Shown: positions 10,935 to 25,742 of the stretch, in pieces
Layout: every line of letters begins with the position of its first letter
Position numbering within the stretch: position 1 is the first letter of the stretch
Source: Eledone cirrhosa
Taxonomy: Eukaryota
Length of the DNA: 64,000 nucleotides
Assembly: GCA_964016885.1 (NCBI GenBank)
Contig: OZ024741.1
Span: 197,284,001 to 197,348,000 of the forward strand
Reading direction: 5' to 3'
The notes under the pieces: model-generated
Seen by the model: the letters and a program-made list of their open reading frames with translations, nothing else
Database searches by the model: none
Told to the model about the DNA's origin: nothing
Program-made: the position numbers and the translations under genes

Positions 10935-13866
10935 TGGAAGCTGAACGTGTCGTTGCCAGCACGTAAAGCTTCCAGTGAACGGATAAGTAGACTAGTCAAG
11001 CAACAGTTAGCGGGAGCCATCGTCAACAATAGATGGTGGTACTCTCTCAAGAAAGCAATTAGAGTAGAATTGACAGGATTTAGCAGAGAGTTAGCCTTAG
11101 AGAAAAACAAAATAGAAAGAGAACTAGTAGCCAACGTAGAGGAGGCACTTAGAAGTGGCAACGCGGCTAGAGTGTTAGCGTCGAGAACGGCACTGGACCA
11201 GTTCTTCGACGCGAAACACGAAGGCTGCATGGTCAGAAGCAAAACACGTGCTCTAGGAAACGAAGGAGCGAGAGTTGTCAGCTGGGCACCAGTGGCGGAG
11301 GCAAAAAGGGCAACACGTCCACGATTCGGTCTTTGAAAGACCAAAACGAACGCGTGCTACTTGACCCCAAGCAAATGTGCGCGGCCTTTCAGCAGCACTT
11401 TGCGCACTGTTTGAGCAGAACGACGGTGAGCCGAACGGGGCAATGGACTTTAGTTCATACCTCGACGGCCTGCCGCGTCTCTCGAACACGGATGCCGAGT
11501 TCTGTGAAAGACCGATCACGGACACTGAGATACGGGACGCTCTGGGCCGCTGCGGGAAACGCAAGTTACCCGGTCTAGATGGTCTACCCTACGACTTTTA
11601 CATAGGCATGCCGGACTTGTTCTATGGCGTCCTCGAAGCCGTCTACTGCAATTGGCAGCAGAACGGGAGAATTCCCAGTTCTGCAGGAAAGGGCGTAGTA
11701 ACGCTGATCAGGAAAGACGAGAAGAAGGGAGACGAACAAATTAACAACTTCAGGCCCATAACTCTGCTCAACACAGAGTTAAAGATTTTGACCAAGGTGC
11801 GAGCGAGGAGGTTGCCGATTGTCGTCGAGAACCTGGTAGGGAAAGCGCAAACGTGTGCAATCCCAATCAGGTCCATACACGTCAACCTCTACGTCATGCG
11901 ATACATCATAGAGAGGATGGGTAGTAAACCCGGCTTCGCTGGGGCTCTGATCAATTTGGATCAGTCTAAGGTATTCGATAGGGTCGACCATCGATACTTG
12001 GAAGCGGTTCTCAAGGCGGCGAGTTTCGATCCCGTTTTCAGAGGGTGGATCGAGGCGATCCACACCAGCATCTGCTCGAGGGTCAACGTGAACGGTTACC
12101 TATCGGAGCCGTTCGCAATCACGCGTGACATTCGACAGGGATGTCCTCTCTCCTCCATTCTGTATGCATTGACTCTAGAGCCACTACTGCGGAAATTGGA
12201 GCTGTTGCAGGGCATCCCTCTAGAACCGGGACTGCGCAAAGCGGCGTCGGATTATGCTGACGACGTGATGGTAATGGTGTCGAGCACCTCGGTAATCGGG
12301 GTGATCGGCAACTTAGTGAAAGAATACGAAACGCTGACGGGAGCAAAACTAAACCCGGATAAGTCTGTCGGTTTGCAACTCAGTACGTGGAGAGGCAAAC
12401 CGATGACGTCCGACAGCGTCGTTGGACGCTGGACGGACGGACCGGTGAAATTGCTCGGGGTCTGGTTCGGTCCAGACCTCCAGGTGGAGAAAAACTGGAA
12501 CGAGGTCACGGCCAAGGTGTTTGCGCTCACCCAGAAGTGGGCAGAGTGCAAACTGTCCTTGAAAGGTCGAGCGGAGGTGGCGAACACTTTTATAGCGTCC
12601 GTCATCTACTACCGCTTGACTGTCGTGCCTTGTCCCCGTGAATACCTCACCAAGATAGAACGCATGCTCTTCCAGTTTCTGTGGAAGAAGCAGGCTCCGC
12701 TGGTGAGGAGGTCCGTCTGCTGTCAGCACCCTTCCAACGGAGTGTTGGGAATGCCGTGGCTGATAATGCGCAAAGAAGTGCTGAGGCTGCGGAATCTCCA
12801 GGTATTCCTCACCGAACCCAGTGTGAGACAGTGTTTCCCGCAGTTCGTCTCGCTGACGGAGCTGCAGTCCTGGGTCAAGAAAAGACCGAAAAAGATGGGC
12901 GCCTGGCACATTGAATGCGCTCAGGCGCTCACAGTCCTCTGGCAAGCGGGCACAGCAATCAGTGAAGACTCCACTTCGACATTCTATAGAGGGATTGTAC
13001 GTTACAAGGGCGACAACGTGCTCGGAGAGACTCTGGGCGTCGAAGATGATGAGTTCACCAGTCTGCTTGGTAGGATGTTCCGCCCGGGACCTATGGACAA
13101 CGTCCAGAAGTCCCTGGCCTGGCAGTGCTACCGAGGAGCTCTACCAGTCCGTGACAAGATCTACAGGCACGGACGCCCTGGCAGGGATCCTTCCAAGAGG
13201 ACGTGTCCAAGATGCGCGCAGGACATTGAAACCGTCCTGCACGCAATTGTACACTGCCCGGGCGTAACCGACCTGTGGAACTATGCAGAACAACTGCTGT
13301 CGCGTATGGGACAAATCCAGTTGACTGTTGAGTCCATAGTAAGGATCAAACCGCCAGCCTCTTTCAAAAACGAAAGAGAGGCGGTTTTCCTCTGTACAGT
13401 GGCTATGGTGAAAGAGGTTATATGGTAGACGAGGTTGAGAGGACTGAGGACAGATGCCTTTCTCTCCGGACAACAATTGATTCCCTTCTTTAAGTATCAC
13501 TTTAGAAGGAGAATCAGAGTGGAAAGAGAGGCACTGCACCCCAGTAAATTTACTGAAAGGTGGGTGAATGTGGAAAAATGGCCCGAGTGATTGTGCCTTC
13601 TCTGTTTATAAGCCTGTAGGTTGAAGAAGAGAGCAAAATGAAGAAAGGAGCACTTGCACAACACGCTCCTGAAGTTGAGGGCTGTTCTATCGACGGGGTA
13701 TTAAACAACCCATTTGTGGCGCCTCCCCCCTATTGGGGATTTCGATTGTTGTAATTGTTTGTTTTCATATTTTTTACACGACTGTATGTAAAAGCCCCGG
13801 CATGTCTTTGTATTGTCCCCTTTTCTTGTGCGCCCTTGTGGCTAATAAAGAAATATATCTATCTAT
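10935..13866 (+). mobile_element. Tx1-type LINE (L1 clade), 5'-truncated; ORF2 with a frameshift (~11335-11410) and a premature stop (13428)
   Basis: WKLN, PGLDGLPYDFY, NFRPITLLN, LDQSKVFDRV, RQGCPLS, YADD, CPRC..ETVLH..C; AATAAA at 13844 then (TATC)n. Confidence 0.95.
11377..13428 (+). pseudogene. Tx1 ORF2 reverse transcriptase plus C-terminal zinc-binding domain (683-aa open stretch)
   Basis: RT motifs as above. Confidence 0.93.
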
Positions 13867-14459
13867 CTCTCTCTCTCTTTCTGCTTGACGCGTGGAACAT
13901 CGCCGGTAAGCTTTTTTGTTAATTTCTATGCAAAAAAACGGAACTAATTGTTTGAAAACACATAACACTTTGTTGATTAACCCCCAAGCTGAATTGTCAG
14001 CTGGGTGGTAATCCCATGTTTCGCCCCTGTAGGGGCGAAAATTTTATTTTAAAAATTTGTTTGAAAATATCAGATTTTAGAAACTAAATAACTTGAGCAA
14101 CACAAGAACGCTGGAGAACGTTAATAGAGAAAAGAGAGAGAAAGAGGCAGATATTAACGTTATATCTGCTTCTGTTACTATGGACGTCGCCATAGATACA
14201 AGTGTCAAAAAAGAGAAAAATATATTAACACTTGAAAATTTTAAAATTTCTACTGTCGAAGCGGAGAAAATAACAATAACACACAGGAAAACACAGGAAT
14301 TAAACCCATTAACATACATACACATGAAAAAGACATCAACAACTCTACAGATACATATACACATAATGTTTCACCTCGACAAGGAACTGAGATTTACAAC
14401 AACGATAACAACAACAACAGCAACACCACACAAAAAAAGAAAATGTCTTTCGCTGAAAC

Positions 14460-16740
14460 ACTTGTTCTCTGGCGTTCTCGAAGCCGTCTACTGCAATTGG
14501 CAGCAGAACGGGAGAATTCCCAGTTCTGCAGGCAAGGGCGTAGTAACGCTGATCAGGAAAGACGAGAAGAAGGGGGACGAAATTAACAACTTCAGGCCCA
14601 TAACTCTGCTCAACACAGAGTTAAAGATTTTGGCCAAGGTGCTAGCGACGAGGTTGGCGCTTGTCGTCGAGAACCTGGTAGGGAAAGCGCAAACGTGTGC
14701 AATCCGGACCAGGTCCATACACGACAATCTCCACCTCATGCGATACATCATAGAGAGGGTGTGTAGTAAACCCGGCTTCGGTGGGGCTCTGATCAACTTG
14801 GATCAGTCTAAGGCATTCGATAGGGTCGACCATCGACACTTGGAAGCGGTTCTCAAGGCGGCGAATTTCGGTCCCGTGTTCAGAGGTTGGATCAAGACGA
14901 TGCACACCAGCATCTGCTCGAGGGTCAACGTGAACGGCTACCTATCAGAGCCGTTCGCAATCACGCGTTCCATTCAACAGAGGTGCCCTCTCTCCTACAT
15001 TCTGTATGTATTGACTCTAGAGCCACTACTGCGGAAATTGGAGCTGTTGCAGGGCATCCCTCTAGAACCGGGACTGTGCAAATCGGCGTCGGCTTAAGCC
15101 GACGACGTGATGGTAATGGTGTCGAGCACCTCGGAAATCGGGGTGATCGGCAACTTACTGAAAGAATACGAAACGCTGACGGGAGCAAAACTAAACCCGG
15201 ACAAGTCTGTCGGTTTGCAACTCGGTACGTGGAGAGGCAAACCGATGACGTCCGACAGCGTCGTTGGACGCTGGACGGACGGACCGGTGAAATTGCTCGG
15301 GGTCTGGTTCGGTCCAGACCTCCAGGTGGAAAAAACTGGAACGAGGTCACGGCCAAGGTGTTTGCGCTCACCCAGAAGTGGGCAGAGTGCAAACTGTCCT
15401 TGAAAGGTCGAGCGGAGGTGGCGAACACTTTCATAGCGTCCGTCATCTACTACCGCTTGACTGTCGTGCCTTGTCCTCGTGAACACCTCGCCAAGATGGA
15501 ACGCATGCTCTTCCAGTTTCTGTGAGAGAAGCAGGCTCCGCTGGTGAGGAGATCCGTCTGCTGTCAGCACCCTTCCAACGGAGTGTTGGGAATGCCGTGG
15601 CTGATGATGCGCAAAGAAGCGCTGAGGCTGCGGCATCTCCAGGTATTCCTCACCGCCCCCCAACCGGCGTGGGCACTGTTTGTGAGACAGGCTTTCCCGC
15701 AGCTCGTCTCGCTGACGGAGCTGCAGTCCTGGGTCAAGAAAAGACCGAAAACGATGGGCGCCTGGCACATTGAATGCGCTCAGGCGCTCACAGTCCTCTG
15801 GCAAGCGGGCACAGCAATCAGTGGAGACTCCACTTCGACATTCTATAGAAGGATTGTACGTTGCAAGAGCGACAACGTGCTCGGAGAGACTCTGGGCGTC
15901 GAAGACGATGAGCTCGCCAGTCTTTTAGGTAGGACTTTCCGCCCGGGACCTATGGACAACTTCCAGAGGTCCCTGGCCTGGCAATGCTACCGAGGAGCTC
16001 TACCAGTTCGTGACAAGATCTACAGGCACGGACGCCCTGGCAGGGATCCTTCCAAGAGGACGTGTCCAAGATGCGCGCAGGACATTGAAACCGTCCTGCA
16101 CGCAATTGTATACTGCCCGGGCTTAACCGACCTGTGGAACTATGGAGAACAAATGCTGTCGCGTATGGGACAAATCCAGTTGACTGCTGAGTCCATAGAT
16201 CAAATCGCCAGCCTCTTTCAAAAACGAAAGAGTGGCGGTTTTCCTCTGTACAGTGGCTATGGTGAAAGAGGTTATATGGTGGACGAGATTTAGAGGACTG
16301 AGGACAGATGCCTTTCTCTCCGGACAACAATTGATTCCCTTCTTTAAGTATCACTTTAGAAGGAGAATCAGAGTTGAGAGAGAGGCACTGCACCCCAGTA
16401 AATTTACTGAAAGGTGGGTGAATGTGGCAAAAATGGCCCGAGTGATTGGGCCTTCTCTGTTTATAAGCCTGTAGGTTAAAGAAGTGAGCAAAAGGTAGAA
16501 GGGAGCACTTGCACAACACGCTCCTGAAGTTGAGGGTTGTTCTATCGACGGGGTATTAAACAACCCATTTGTGGCGCCTCCCCCCTATTGGGGATTTCGA
16601 TTGTCATAATTGTTTGTTTTTATATTTTTTACACGACTGTATGTAAAATCTCCGGCATGTCTTTGTATTGTCCCCTTTTCGTGTGCGCCCTTGTGGCAAA
16701 TAAAGAAATCTATCTATCTATCTATCTATCTATCTATATC
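14460..16740 (+). mobile_element. Second Tx1 copy, 5'-truncated and disrupted
   Basis: Colinear with 11616-13866; YADD tyrosine mutated to a stop (15095-15097); frameshifts; (TATC)n tail. Confidence 0.95.
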
Positions 16741-16759
16741 GTATATATATATATATAGT

Positions 16760-18171
16760 TAGCGAAGCAGAAAATTGCTTATTGTGATCCAGTTCGTGGT
16801 TAAGAAAGCCAGTTTCATTGACGGTTTCAACGTACGGTTCGGGGTAACTCCACAAGTTTGTAAGAATTCCGTTCAATCTTGGAGTATAAATTATAAAAGA
16901 GAAAACACAGGTAAGCATTAAGAGAAGGATTTTATCCAGGTATTTACGACCGTTTCATTGGTAAGTGCAACCTTATATTGCTATACTGCAAATAGCAGCC
17001 ACTCAATGATAATTGTTGTTCACGTCCAAATTTTCAAAATAGTGAGTAAGTTACTCCTGAAATAGTTCTTAATATATAAAGAAAAACATATTTTTGGAAT
17101 TGTATTTACTAGTATAGAGAGAGAGGAAGAGGAATTAGAAAGTGGGGGGGGGGAGGGGACAAACGGAATAGTATAGAGAGAGAGAGAAGAAGGGGAGAAG
17201 AGTTAGGAAGTAGAGTGACAAACTGAGATGGAGGGAGGGGTAGAGGTGGAATGATTCCTTGATCAGTTTTGATACATAGACTTCATGTCGCCGATTTAGA
17301 GTGTAGTGAGTTAAAGAGAATTAAATTGTTCATAGTGGGAGGGATGGAGAGAGAGAGGGGGAGGGGGAGATATAAAGAGATAAATATATATATAAAAAAT
17401 AAAGATAAAAATAATAATGATAAAAATAAAAGTAAAGAAGGGGGGGGGGGGGAGGGGGAGAAAGAAGAAAATAAAAGATAGCCAAAAAGGGGAAGGAAGA
17501 AAGGAAGAAAACGAAAAGAAATAGAAAAAGAATGAAGGAGAAGGGAGGGATATAGGTATTGGTTTTTCTGGGTAATTAAAGGGGTTAGATACAATAAGAG
17601 GGTATAAAGTCTAAGTATATGCAGTTCGTCAGTTGGTAGTAAGAGGTTAAGGGTTCGATTTGCACTTGTAGTGCGAAAACTTTTCTTTGAGTCTATGGTT
17701 ACAATAAATTGATCTTTCGATTTTATTGTTGAGTAACTTATTCTTCGAACTCAAAATGTGGAACAGCTCAAGGTCACATAATCGACAGCTTCTCATACTA
17801 CTCCGATATGGTGGCGCATTCGATAAATTTTTCCACTTCAGGGTATATTGATGGTTACTTTCCCTCAGTTGCCAGGTCTTGTTTGCAAGGGTAGTTACAG
17901 AACGATGCTGGGAATGTTTCATTGCGTAACGGTGTGTATACCAACGGGCTTTAAATGTATTCCTAGTCGCTCCGATGTAATACCATTTCTGGTTGTCTGA
18001 TTCTACTGTGCATTGGTAAACCAGGTTAGACTGCATACATATGTGAACAACAATTATCATTGAGTGGCTGCTATTTGCAGTATAGCAATATAAGGTTGCA
18101 CTTACAATGAAACGGTCGTAAATACCTGGATAAAATCCTTCTCTTAATGCTTACCTGTGTTTTCTCTTTTA

Positions 18172-18173
<2 letters not shown>
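16760..18173 (-). mobile_element. 5'-truncated PLE with GIY-YIG endonuclease (17647-18040) and inverted 5' pLTR piece
   Basis: LVYQC..YYIGATRNTFKARW, CRLC..E, LLN..CNHR; inverted repeat 16892-17023 / 18043-18173; (TA)n on both sides. Confidence 0.9.
16941..17041 (-). ncRNA. Hammerhead with U3-A8 core and long helix II
   Basis: tatt-TTGAAAA-t-ttgg..(long insert)..ccaa-t-GAAA-cggtcg-TA-aata. Confidence 0.55.
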
Positions 18174-18255
<82 letters not shown>

Positions 18256-18479
18256 CGAGAGAGGGAGAGAGAGAGTACTATGAAAGTAGAAAGAAATGAC
18301 CCTTAACTTCTGATAGAGATGTAGGGTTGCTGTTCTGACACATGACGTAATTTGGACATTTGAAACCTGGTGGAACCCATCGCCATCCATGAAGAACTCG
18401 ATCAATTTATTACTAATAAAGAGATAGAGCAATAGATAAATAGAGAGTGATAAAGAAAGATAGAGGGAGAATATACTTT

Positions 18480-18615
18480 AATACTAAACTTTATCAACCT
18501 CAAAAGGGTAAAAGTTGACCTCGACTGAGATTTGAACTCAGAGAGCAGTGAATCACAAGAACTACCAAAACATTGAATCTGACATTCTAACGGCTCTGTC
18601 AACACGCTGCCGTCA
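18480..18615 (-). mobile_element. Decayed tRNA-SINE
   Basis: aaagttgacctcgactgagatttgaactcagag matches the SINE family. Confidence 0.7.
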
Positions 18616-19104
18616 AAGTACTATACGCTGTGTTTTAATTATTAGGTTTAAATCGATAATGGCTGATTTTAAATGCCATCAAATTTCAGCGTCTGTGCTG
18701 TTGGTCACGTTCACAGTCATAATATGTACATTGCTTCTTTTTTGCGAGATGCAAAGACATTTGCTCGTTCTTATGGAAGAGATATTGTTGAATGAACTCT
18801 TGTAGTACATTACTGGTACTTATCTTATTGATAACTGAAAGGAAAAAAATGATAAATTTTTACTATTTCATCTGTCCCCCAAGACAGATGTAATAGTAAC
18901 ATTTTTTTTAAATTTAAGAGTAGTTAGAGTTTTGAAGAGGAAATTTATGTTTTACCTATGATTTTTTATAAGTTTTGAATGACTGATTTTTAAAATCATA
19001 GTAAATTAGTCAGTTTCTGTGGCTTCACCCACTCAACAACTCAATAATACCCATATCCTCAACGGATATTATAAAATAATTTACCGAATACAATGCAAAA
19101 CCAG

Positions 19105-19265
19105 CAAATTGGCGGAGTCGTTAAAACGTAGGATGGAAGGTTTTGTGGTATTTGTTCCGACTCTCTGCGTCCTGAGATAAAATCCTGCCGAGGTTAACTT
19201 TGCTTTCTAGCCTATCGATGTCGGTAAAAAAAGGTACCAGTCCACTACTAAGGTCGATTCTTCCA
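19105..19265 (+). mobile_element. Decayed tRNA-SINE
   Basis: aaatcctgccgaggttaactttgc..gtaccagt matches the family. Confidence 0.7.
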
Positions 19266-21059
19266 ACATATGTCTTTCACACTTTCAGACTCTCACCCTA
19301 TCTCTCCTTAGAAAAAATTGGCTATGCTCAGACCTGGTGAGGGAAGCGCTTCGTTAGGTTTAAAATGCTTAAGACGCGATCTATGTCACTGAGGTGCCCC
19401 CTACAACGCCATCAAGAGTTATGGACTCATGCGTAAATATACGAGATGATCATGGTTAGAAAAGGGAAGATTAAGGAAACCTTATTTAAACCAGCTTGGC
19501 AGATATTTTATATTTGCATTTTACCCCTATTTATTTGCGTCTAAATCGGCTGCTTATTTAATAAACTGGACTCTTCTCCAATACTACCATCCTCCTCCTC
19601 GTCCCCCTCCTCCTCCTCCTCCTCACCACCACTATCATTATTATCATCATCACCAGTACCATCACCACTACGATCATTACCAGTAAAATCACCATTTCTT
19701 CCACTACTACTTCCGTCATTATCATCATCATACACAACAACAACAACAACAGCAGCAGCAGCAACATATCAATACCATCGACCATGTCTATGCCATAAGG
19801 TCTGGTTCATGGAGCGGTGGTATGTGTCTGTCTACTCAACAACCACCGCATCAGCAGCAAAAGCAGCCGCAACAACAGTAGCAACGACAACAATAACAAT
19901 AACAAAACTTTCTTCATTTGCAGAAGACTTTATACAATTCCTAGATCACAACAGAGCAGCTTTTATATGGCTAGAGATTGATTATTTGAACTAAATATAG
20001 AAGATATCGAAGAAAATAAAAGAGGAAAAAAGTGAAGGCGACGAAGAAAGAGAGTTGGAGAGGACATACACTGGAGTAGAGGATTTTAATGTACCAGTTT
20101 CAATTTGAAATCTCACCAAGATCAGTTTTCCGACACAAGAAACCTATAAAAATATCCGGTACTTAGTATATTTAGATTCACAATCCCTGAATTGTCCAAA
20201 CACTGTTGGATAATTCATGAATTAAACCACTCTTAAATTTTCCCTTACAGTAACAACAATAGTCTAATAAGTTGAACATATAAACATGGAGAATTTAATG
20301 GTGGCATATTTCGATATGGATACCGTGTTAAAGTACCATCATCGCCCTGTTTCAAGGATAATCGAAGCTAGAGAATAAAAACAATGAAACCTTTGTTAGG
20401 GACAGTCTTACAATCTATTGAATCGATTGGGTAGTATCATGATTTCTGTATATACAATGTTTATAGCGACACATAACAAAACTAAGACTGAAATTAAAGT
20501 TGAAGAGCTATAAATACATAAAACTTACAACTGCATTCTAATGAATCAGCAGTATAGAACGCATGAAATGTTATGTTATGGAATACACTATATACACAAT
20601 TACACAACTTAAATAACAAGAATCTATTTGCATACAATAAAAGATGATAATAAATTATTACATAAAAATATCGATTAAAACGTAAGCTAATAAAATCTTC
20701 AAATATATTGGTGAATCAAATGCATATATAAATTTACGGCGTTCAAGTAACCAACAGTTTTTTTTATACCTCATAGTTTAAATATTTCGACATACACCCA
20801 AATAAGAATAAAGAAACAAATATATAAAACGAAATGATGTTTTATATGATGCAATCCCACCGTTATTAACGAAGTCCCACGTGCTACACAGACACACACA
20901 CATACACACACACACAATTATTACATGGTAACCCAGTGCATGTTTTTCTTGTTATTCAGTATTTCATGATAGATTAATCGTATCAGATTAATCTTCAGTC
21001 TTTGCTACGATTAATCGGATGCCATCATGAAACTCTGAGTATCAAGAAACAAAATGTAA

Positions 21060-21330
21060 TTTGTTGTTATTTATATTAAGTAATATGGACACTAGTCTTC
21101 CCTTTCCTCGTTACCAATGTTGTCCAATGGAAAGGCCAAAGGCTGATACAGCTTGGTACAAGTTACATCGCAACTTATTTCTACAGCTGAGTGAACTGGG
21201 GCAGCGTGAAATAAAGTGTCTTTCTCAAGTATACAATGCAACACCCGGGAATCAGTGTGCATGGGAAATGAACCCACACTTATTTTTGTGATAGGTGTGC
21301 TAGCCGATTACACCAACTCGCTCACCTGGA
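21060..21330 (-). mobile_element. tRNA-SINE of another family
   Basis: cgtgaaataaagtgtctttctcaag motif shared with 32740-32890. Confidence 0.55.
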
Positions 21331-21815
21331 TTACTATTAGATTGATGGCAAAAATATAATTTAGAGAATCATAAAAGCCCAAAAATAACATTGGCGGGGG
21401 AGGGGGAGGATAATTAAACATGAATTGACTACATGACCTCCAACGGTTAGCAACAATTATCCTTGACCAAAAGTCTCTGTAATCAACCGGTTTCTGGGAT
21501 CTCGATTGAAAATGTGTGGAGTATCTTCAAACCAGCAATATTTTATGGTACAGAAGAAAATGCTAGCTCAATTCATAAGTAGCTACCCGATTAGCTTTGT
21601 AAAAATCCCCAAGCAATAAAATTAAACTCGACAAAGAGAACAATTCAGATTCTAAAGTAAAAGAAGACATGCACAAAAAAGCGGGAGTTTAGCTAAAAAT
21701 CACGTTAGAAACAAAAAATTTAGAAAATCATGAAAAATCAATGGGGAATTGATAAAACCAAAGACATAGCGACTACGCAGATGATAACTAATCAAAGGTA
21801 TTTTTAAACATGATG

Positions 21816-22312
21816 GCTGCAAACTCTGCTAATTGCAATCGCTTGTCAGGTTACAGAAAATGGTGCACTTTTAGGCTACGTCCAGCCAGACGAACCTGTA
21901 ACATAACCTGAACAAGCAATGCCTGTGCTTTGAAGGTTTTTTTAAATGGGGAAAGGCCTTGCACTCGAACAATCCCACTCCCTGTGCATCGAAAAGACTA
22001 ACCGAAAAGGAGAACTGGTCAACATCATCGGATGCTTCCGAAGCCGCAGGTTTTTTTTTTTAGAGTTTCCCAGGTAAAAACAAAACAAAAAACAAAATAA
22101 AAGTACTATTTGGATGGCCATTGACTCTGCTGAGTACCTCCACCCTTTACCAGGTCGTGTATTTCATCCCGCGGGGTGTCCAAATATCACCCTCCTCACC
22201 AAGCAAGCTTGGTGGGGTTGCCGGTTTAGTCGCCGACGACCCGACCACGAGACAAGTTGTATTGGGTTGCATGTTACCAGTAGCACTCGAGAGCAACCTG
22301 ACATAACATACA
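21816..22312 (-). mobile_element. RTE-type 5' leader fragment
   Basis: Reverse complement is colinear with 43553-44112; the 5' end abuts a TATG repeat. Confidence 0.65.
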
Positions 22313-22394
22313 TACATAATTAACAGAATCATAAAAACCCCAAACCAACGTTGGCGGGGTAGAGGGAGGAGAATTAAACATACATAAATCACTT

Positions 22395-25300
22395 CAGAGC
22401 TAACAAGCAACGTTTGTTGAAAGTAAAAATAACATGAATATTATTCATTGTAAGTGCTCCACATCGAACATACAACCAACAACACGTGCTACAGGTTGTC
22501 ATGTTACTAGACTTTGTAGCAACCAGACTGAACATCAACAAACAACAATAATACACGAACAGTCTCTTGAAACAACTATGCCAGTAAAAAATTTGACACC
22601 ACATGTATCAACTGGTTCTACCTCGACTATTGTGGAAAACACTATTAACAATAATACATCTGCCATTAGCTGTGAAAATCAAGCGTATAAACAATTGAAA
22701 TATACCCGCAACGAAATCTTTCAGAGAGAAATTAATTCATGTATAAATAATTCTCTCGCGGAACGTTAATAAAACAACAGTACAAAACAAAATAAAAGCA
22801 AGTAATAAAACCTTACCTGCTATTGATGAAATAGGGGGTGAATATTTACGACGAATTAAAACACCCACATCTTGGCAAATCAACGTCTCTTTATATGCCC
22901 TGGCAACGACAGCGAAGCATTATCTTCGGTGATAACAGAGATATTAACAAGAACAAAACACCACCAAAAATACCATCATATATTACTAAAATAGAAAAAT
23001 GATTGCTGACCTACGGAAAACTATAGGATATGTGACAATGTTCATTACATGCAAAAAAAACAAAAACAAAAAAAACTACACTCCTCACCAACAAAGAGTG
23101 AAAAATAAAATAGAAACGATGTTTAGTAACAGTACAACCAAAACACATCAATATAAACTGATCATCCTCAAACAAGAATTGAGAGCTGTCATCGAGAAAC
23201 GTCGATACCAGAAGAGAGTGGCTGAAAGAAAAATAATTAATAAAAGATTCTGACGAAACCAAACATCAGTCTATCGAGATATGAAGGGTAACATAATAAA
23301 TGTCACTGAGGCCGATTCCCAGAAAGACAGATTCCTTCTGGAGAAAAATATCGGGTGAAAAGTAGAATTTCAACCAAGATGAAGTCTGGCTAAAAGAAAT
23401 CCAAAAGAACTATTGCTCCTACACTACAACAAAACATACGAAATAAATGATACACTTGAGGCTGTGATAGAAAAACTCCAAGATAAGAAAACACCAGGAA
23501 GAGACATGATTGTCGGTTACTGGTACAAAAAACTGACATTCTATCGGATGTATCCTATCAACCTCTACCAGCAAGCTCTCAAGGGAGATGCACATATACC
23601 AGAATGGTTGACATTAGCACAAACAATACTGGTCCCCCAAAACAAAGACAACCACTAAACAAAAAACTACCGACCCATTGCATGCCAAAACCTGATGTAT
23701 AAAATATATATAGCCTGGCTGAACCTATTTCTCCAAGATTACTGTGAAAATAATAATATCATCACAGATGAGAAAGCAGCTGGGAAGAATGGTGATTGGG
23801 GGTGTGCTGAACAACTCCTAATTAACAAAACCGCGATGTCAGAGATGTGACAACGTAAGAAGAATATGGTTACTGTCTGGCTGGACTACAGGAAAGCATT
23901 TGATTCTGTTCCCCACTCTTGGATGATAGAGGCCCTCCAACTTGCTAAAGTCCCAGACACTATTATCAGAACCACAGAGAAGCTATCTTCTTGGACTACT
24001 ATCCTAAAATTAAAAACAGAGAAAGAGGACTCTATTCTCACTGACTAAATAGGATATCACAGGGACATATTTCAAGGAGATAGTCTCTTTGTGTTACTAT
24101 TTATTATGTCATTAAACGCCTCTTCCCGTTTCACCGATATCTGACGAAGACTGCTACAGATGCCTAGGAATAGATGAGAATTTATCCTATTATAACCTAT
24201 AATGGTATCTGTAACAAGGTACGCATAACCAGGGAACATTACACCCGATTAAGAAAAATATGGTCATCTGAAATGTCTGCGCACAATAAAACAATGGATC
24301 ATAATGTGTTTGCTCTGCCTGTCCTAACACCAATGTTTGGAATACTCGATTAGACGATAGATGAAATCCGAGCAATTGATGTTAAAACCCGAAAAATCCT
24401 CAACAACACCGAAAATTTCCACATCAACAGTGAGATAGACCGCCTCTACTTGAAACGTAAGTAAAGAAGCGGTTTCCTAACATCAATCCAGACATCATTG
24501 GGTGTCGCATCATATCCCTCCAACAACAACTACGAACCTCCAAGCCCTTCTATTGAGCAAGTCTGTCTGCATGAGACAGATAAGTTCATGTAAGGTGAGA
24601 AGGAACTCCTTGAAAGATACTCCCTGCATGATAATCAAAAACTGACACCCAGGGAAATTACCCAGCAATACCAGAGTGAATCCATGGATGAAAAACTGCA
24701 TGCTTATCAGCAAAAAATCATGCATGGATATGTTGCCAGGAAGCTCCAGAGTGAGAGTAATATAGATAAGCAAAGTAGTCTATCTTGGACCAACACCCAT
24801 TATATAGGCTCTCACTTTGAAGGATACGTCTTTGCAATCCAAGAACAGGAAATTAATACAAAATACCTGATTAAAAAAAGAGATAGGGATGCAGGCAAAA
24901 CAGCTGGATATGACAAGAAGTTCAGACTCTGTAGAATTAACATCGAAGATGTCATCCATGTCATAAGCAGCTGTCCAAAAATGTGATCATCGTACTATCT
25001 ACCTATGAGGCATGATGGAGTGGCCAAAACACTGTACAATACAATCCGTAGAAAAGATAGCCCCAACAATAAACATATTAAAAGTTACAGCAATGTGGGA
25101 AGCATATACATAATATAAAAGTGTACTGAGGGGATGTTCCAATCAAAACCCCAATAAAATGCAGGCATAACAAACCAGATATAATGATATGGGACAAGGA
25201 AAAGAAGGCATGCACAGTAGTGGAAGTTAGCTGCCCAGCAGATGCCAATATAATATTAAAGATTAGCCAAAAGAAGAATATCTATGTAGAACTAATGAGA

Positions 25301-25742
25301 AATCTGCAGATACTCCACCCTGACTACACCTTCAGATTTATACCTGTGATTATTGGGGCGCTGGGATATGTTAGTAACTGCCTCAGTACAAATCTTGAGA
25401 AGCTGGGCTTCACAGAAACAGAAAGAACATGACTAGTTAGGAAACTACAAGTATAATCCATTAATGGAACAGTAAAATTATGTAAAATATTCCAAAAATT
25501 CTGACTGTAATAACTGCATGTACACACATATAGATACAAAACATGTGCACATGCACATATATAATTCAAAACATCCACACATACAATAACATCCACACCT
25601 GCACCCCCCCCCCCACACACACACATGTATACATATCTAGATAGTTGATGTTGTTTAAATTCCAATGAAAGAGTCGTGTGTCTGTGTTAGAAACCGAGTC
25701 TCTCTATTAGTAAAAATTTATAAAATTATAAAACCAGAAGAA
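22395..25742 (+). mobile_element. R4/Dong-like RLE LINE, decayed, same family as 36800-40930
   Basis: WLDYRKAFDSVPHSW, GIFQGDSL-like, CRLC..HV.S.C, KPDIMIWD..EVSCPAD; many stops; internal deletion near 24120; flanked by ACAT repeats. Confidence 0.92.

Noticed and set aside
12349-12945. Antisense ORFs inside the Tx1 copies (also 15094-15804)
   Set aside because: Expected shadow frames of GC-rich coding DNA; no recognisable motifs.
14093-15097. 334-aa ORF as a novel RT fusion gene
   Set aside because: The N-terminal third is low-complexity flank that happens to be in frame with the truncated Tx1 starting at ~14460; the frame stops at the YADD codon.
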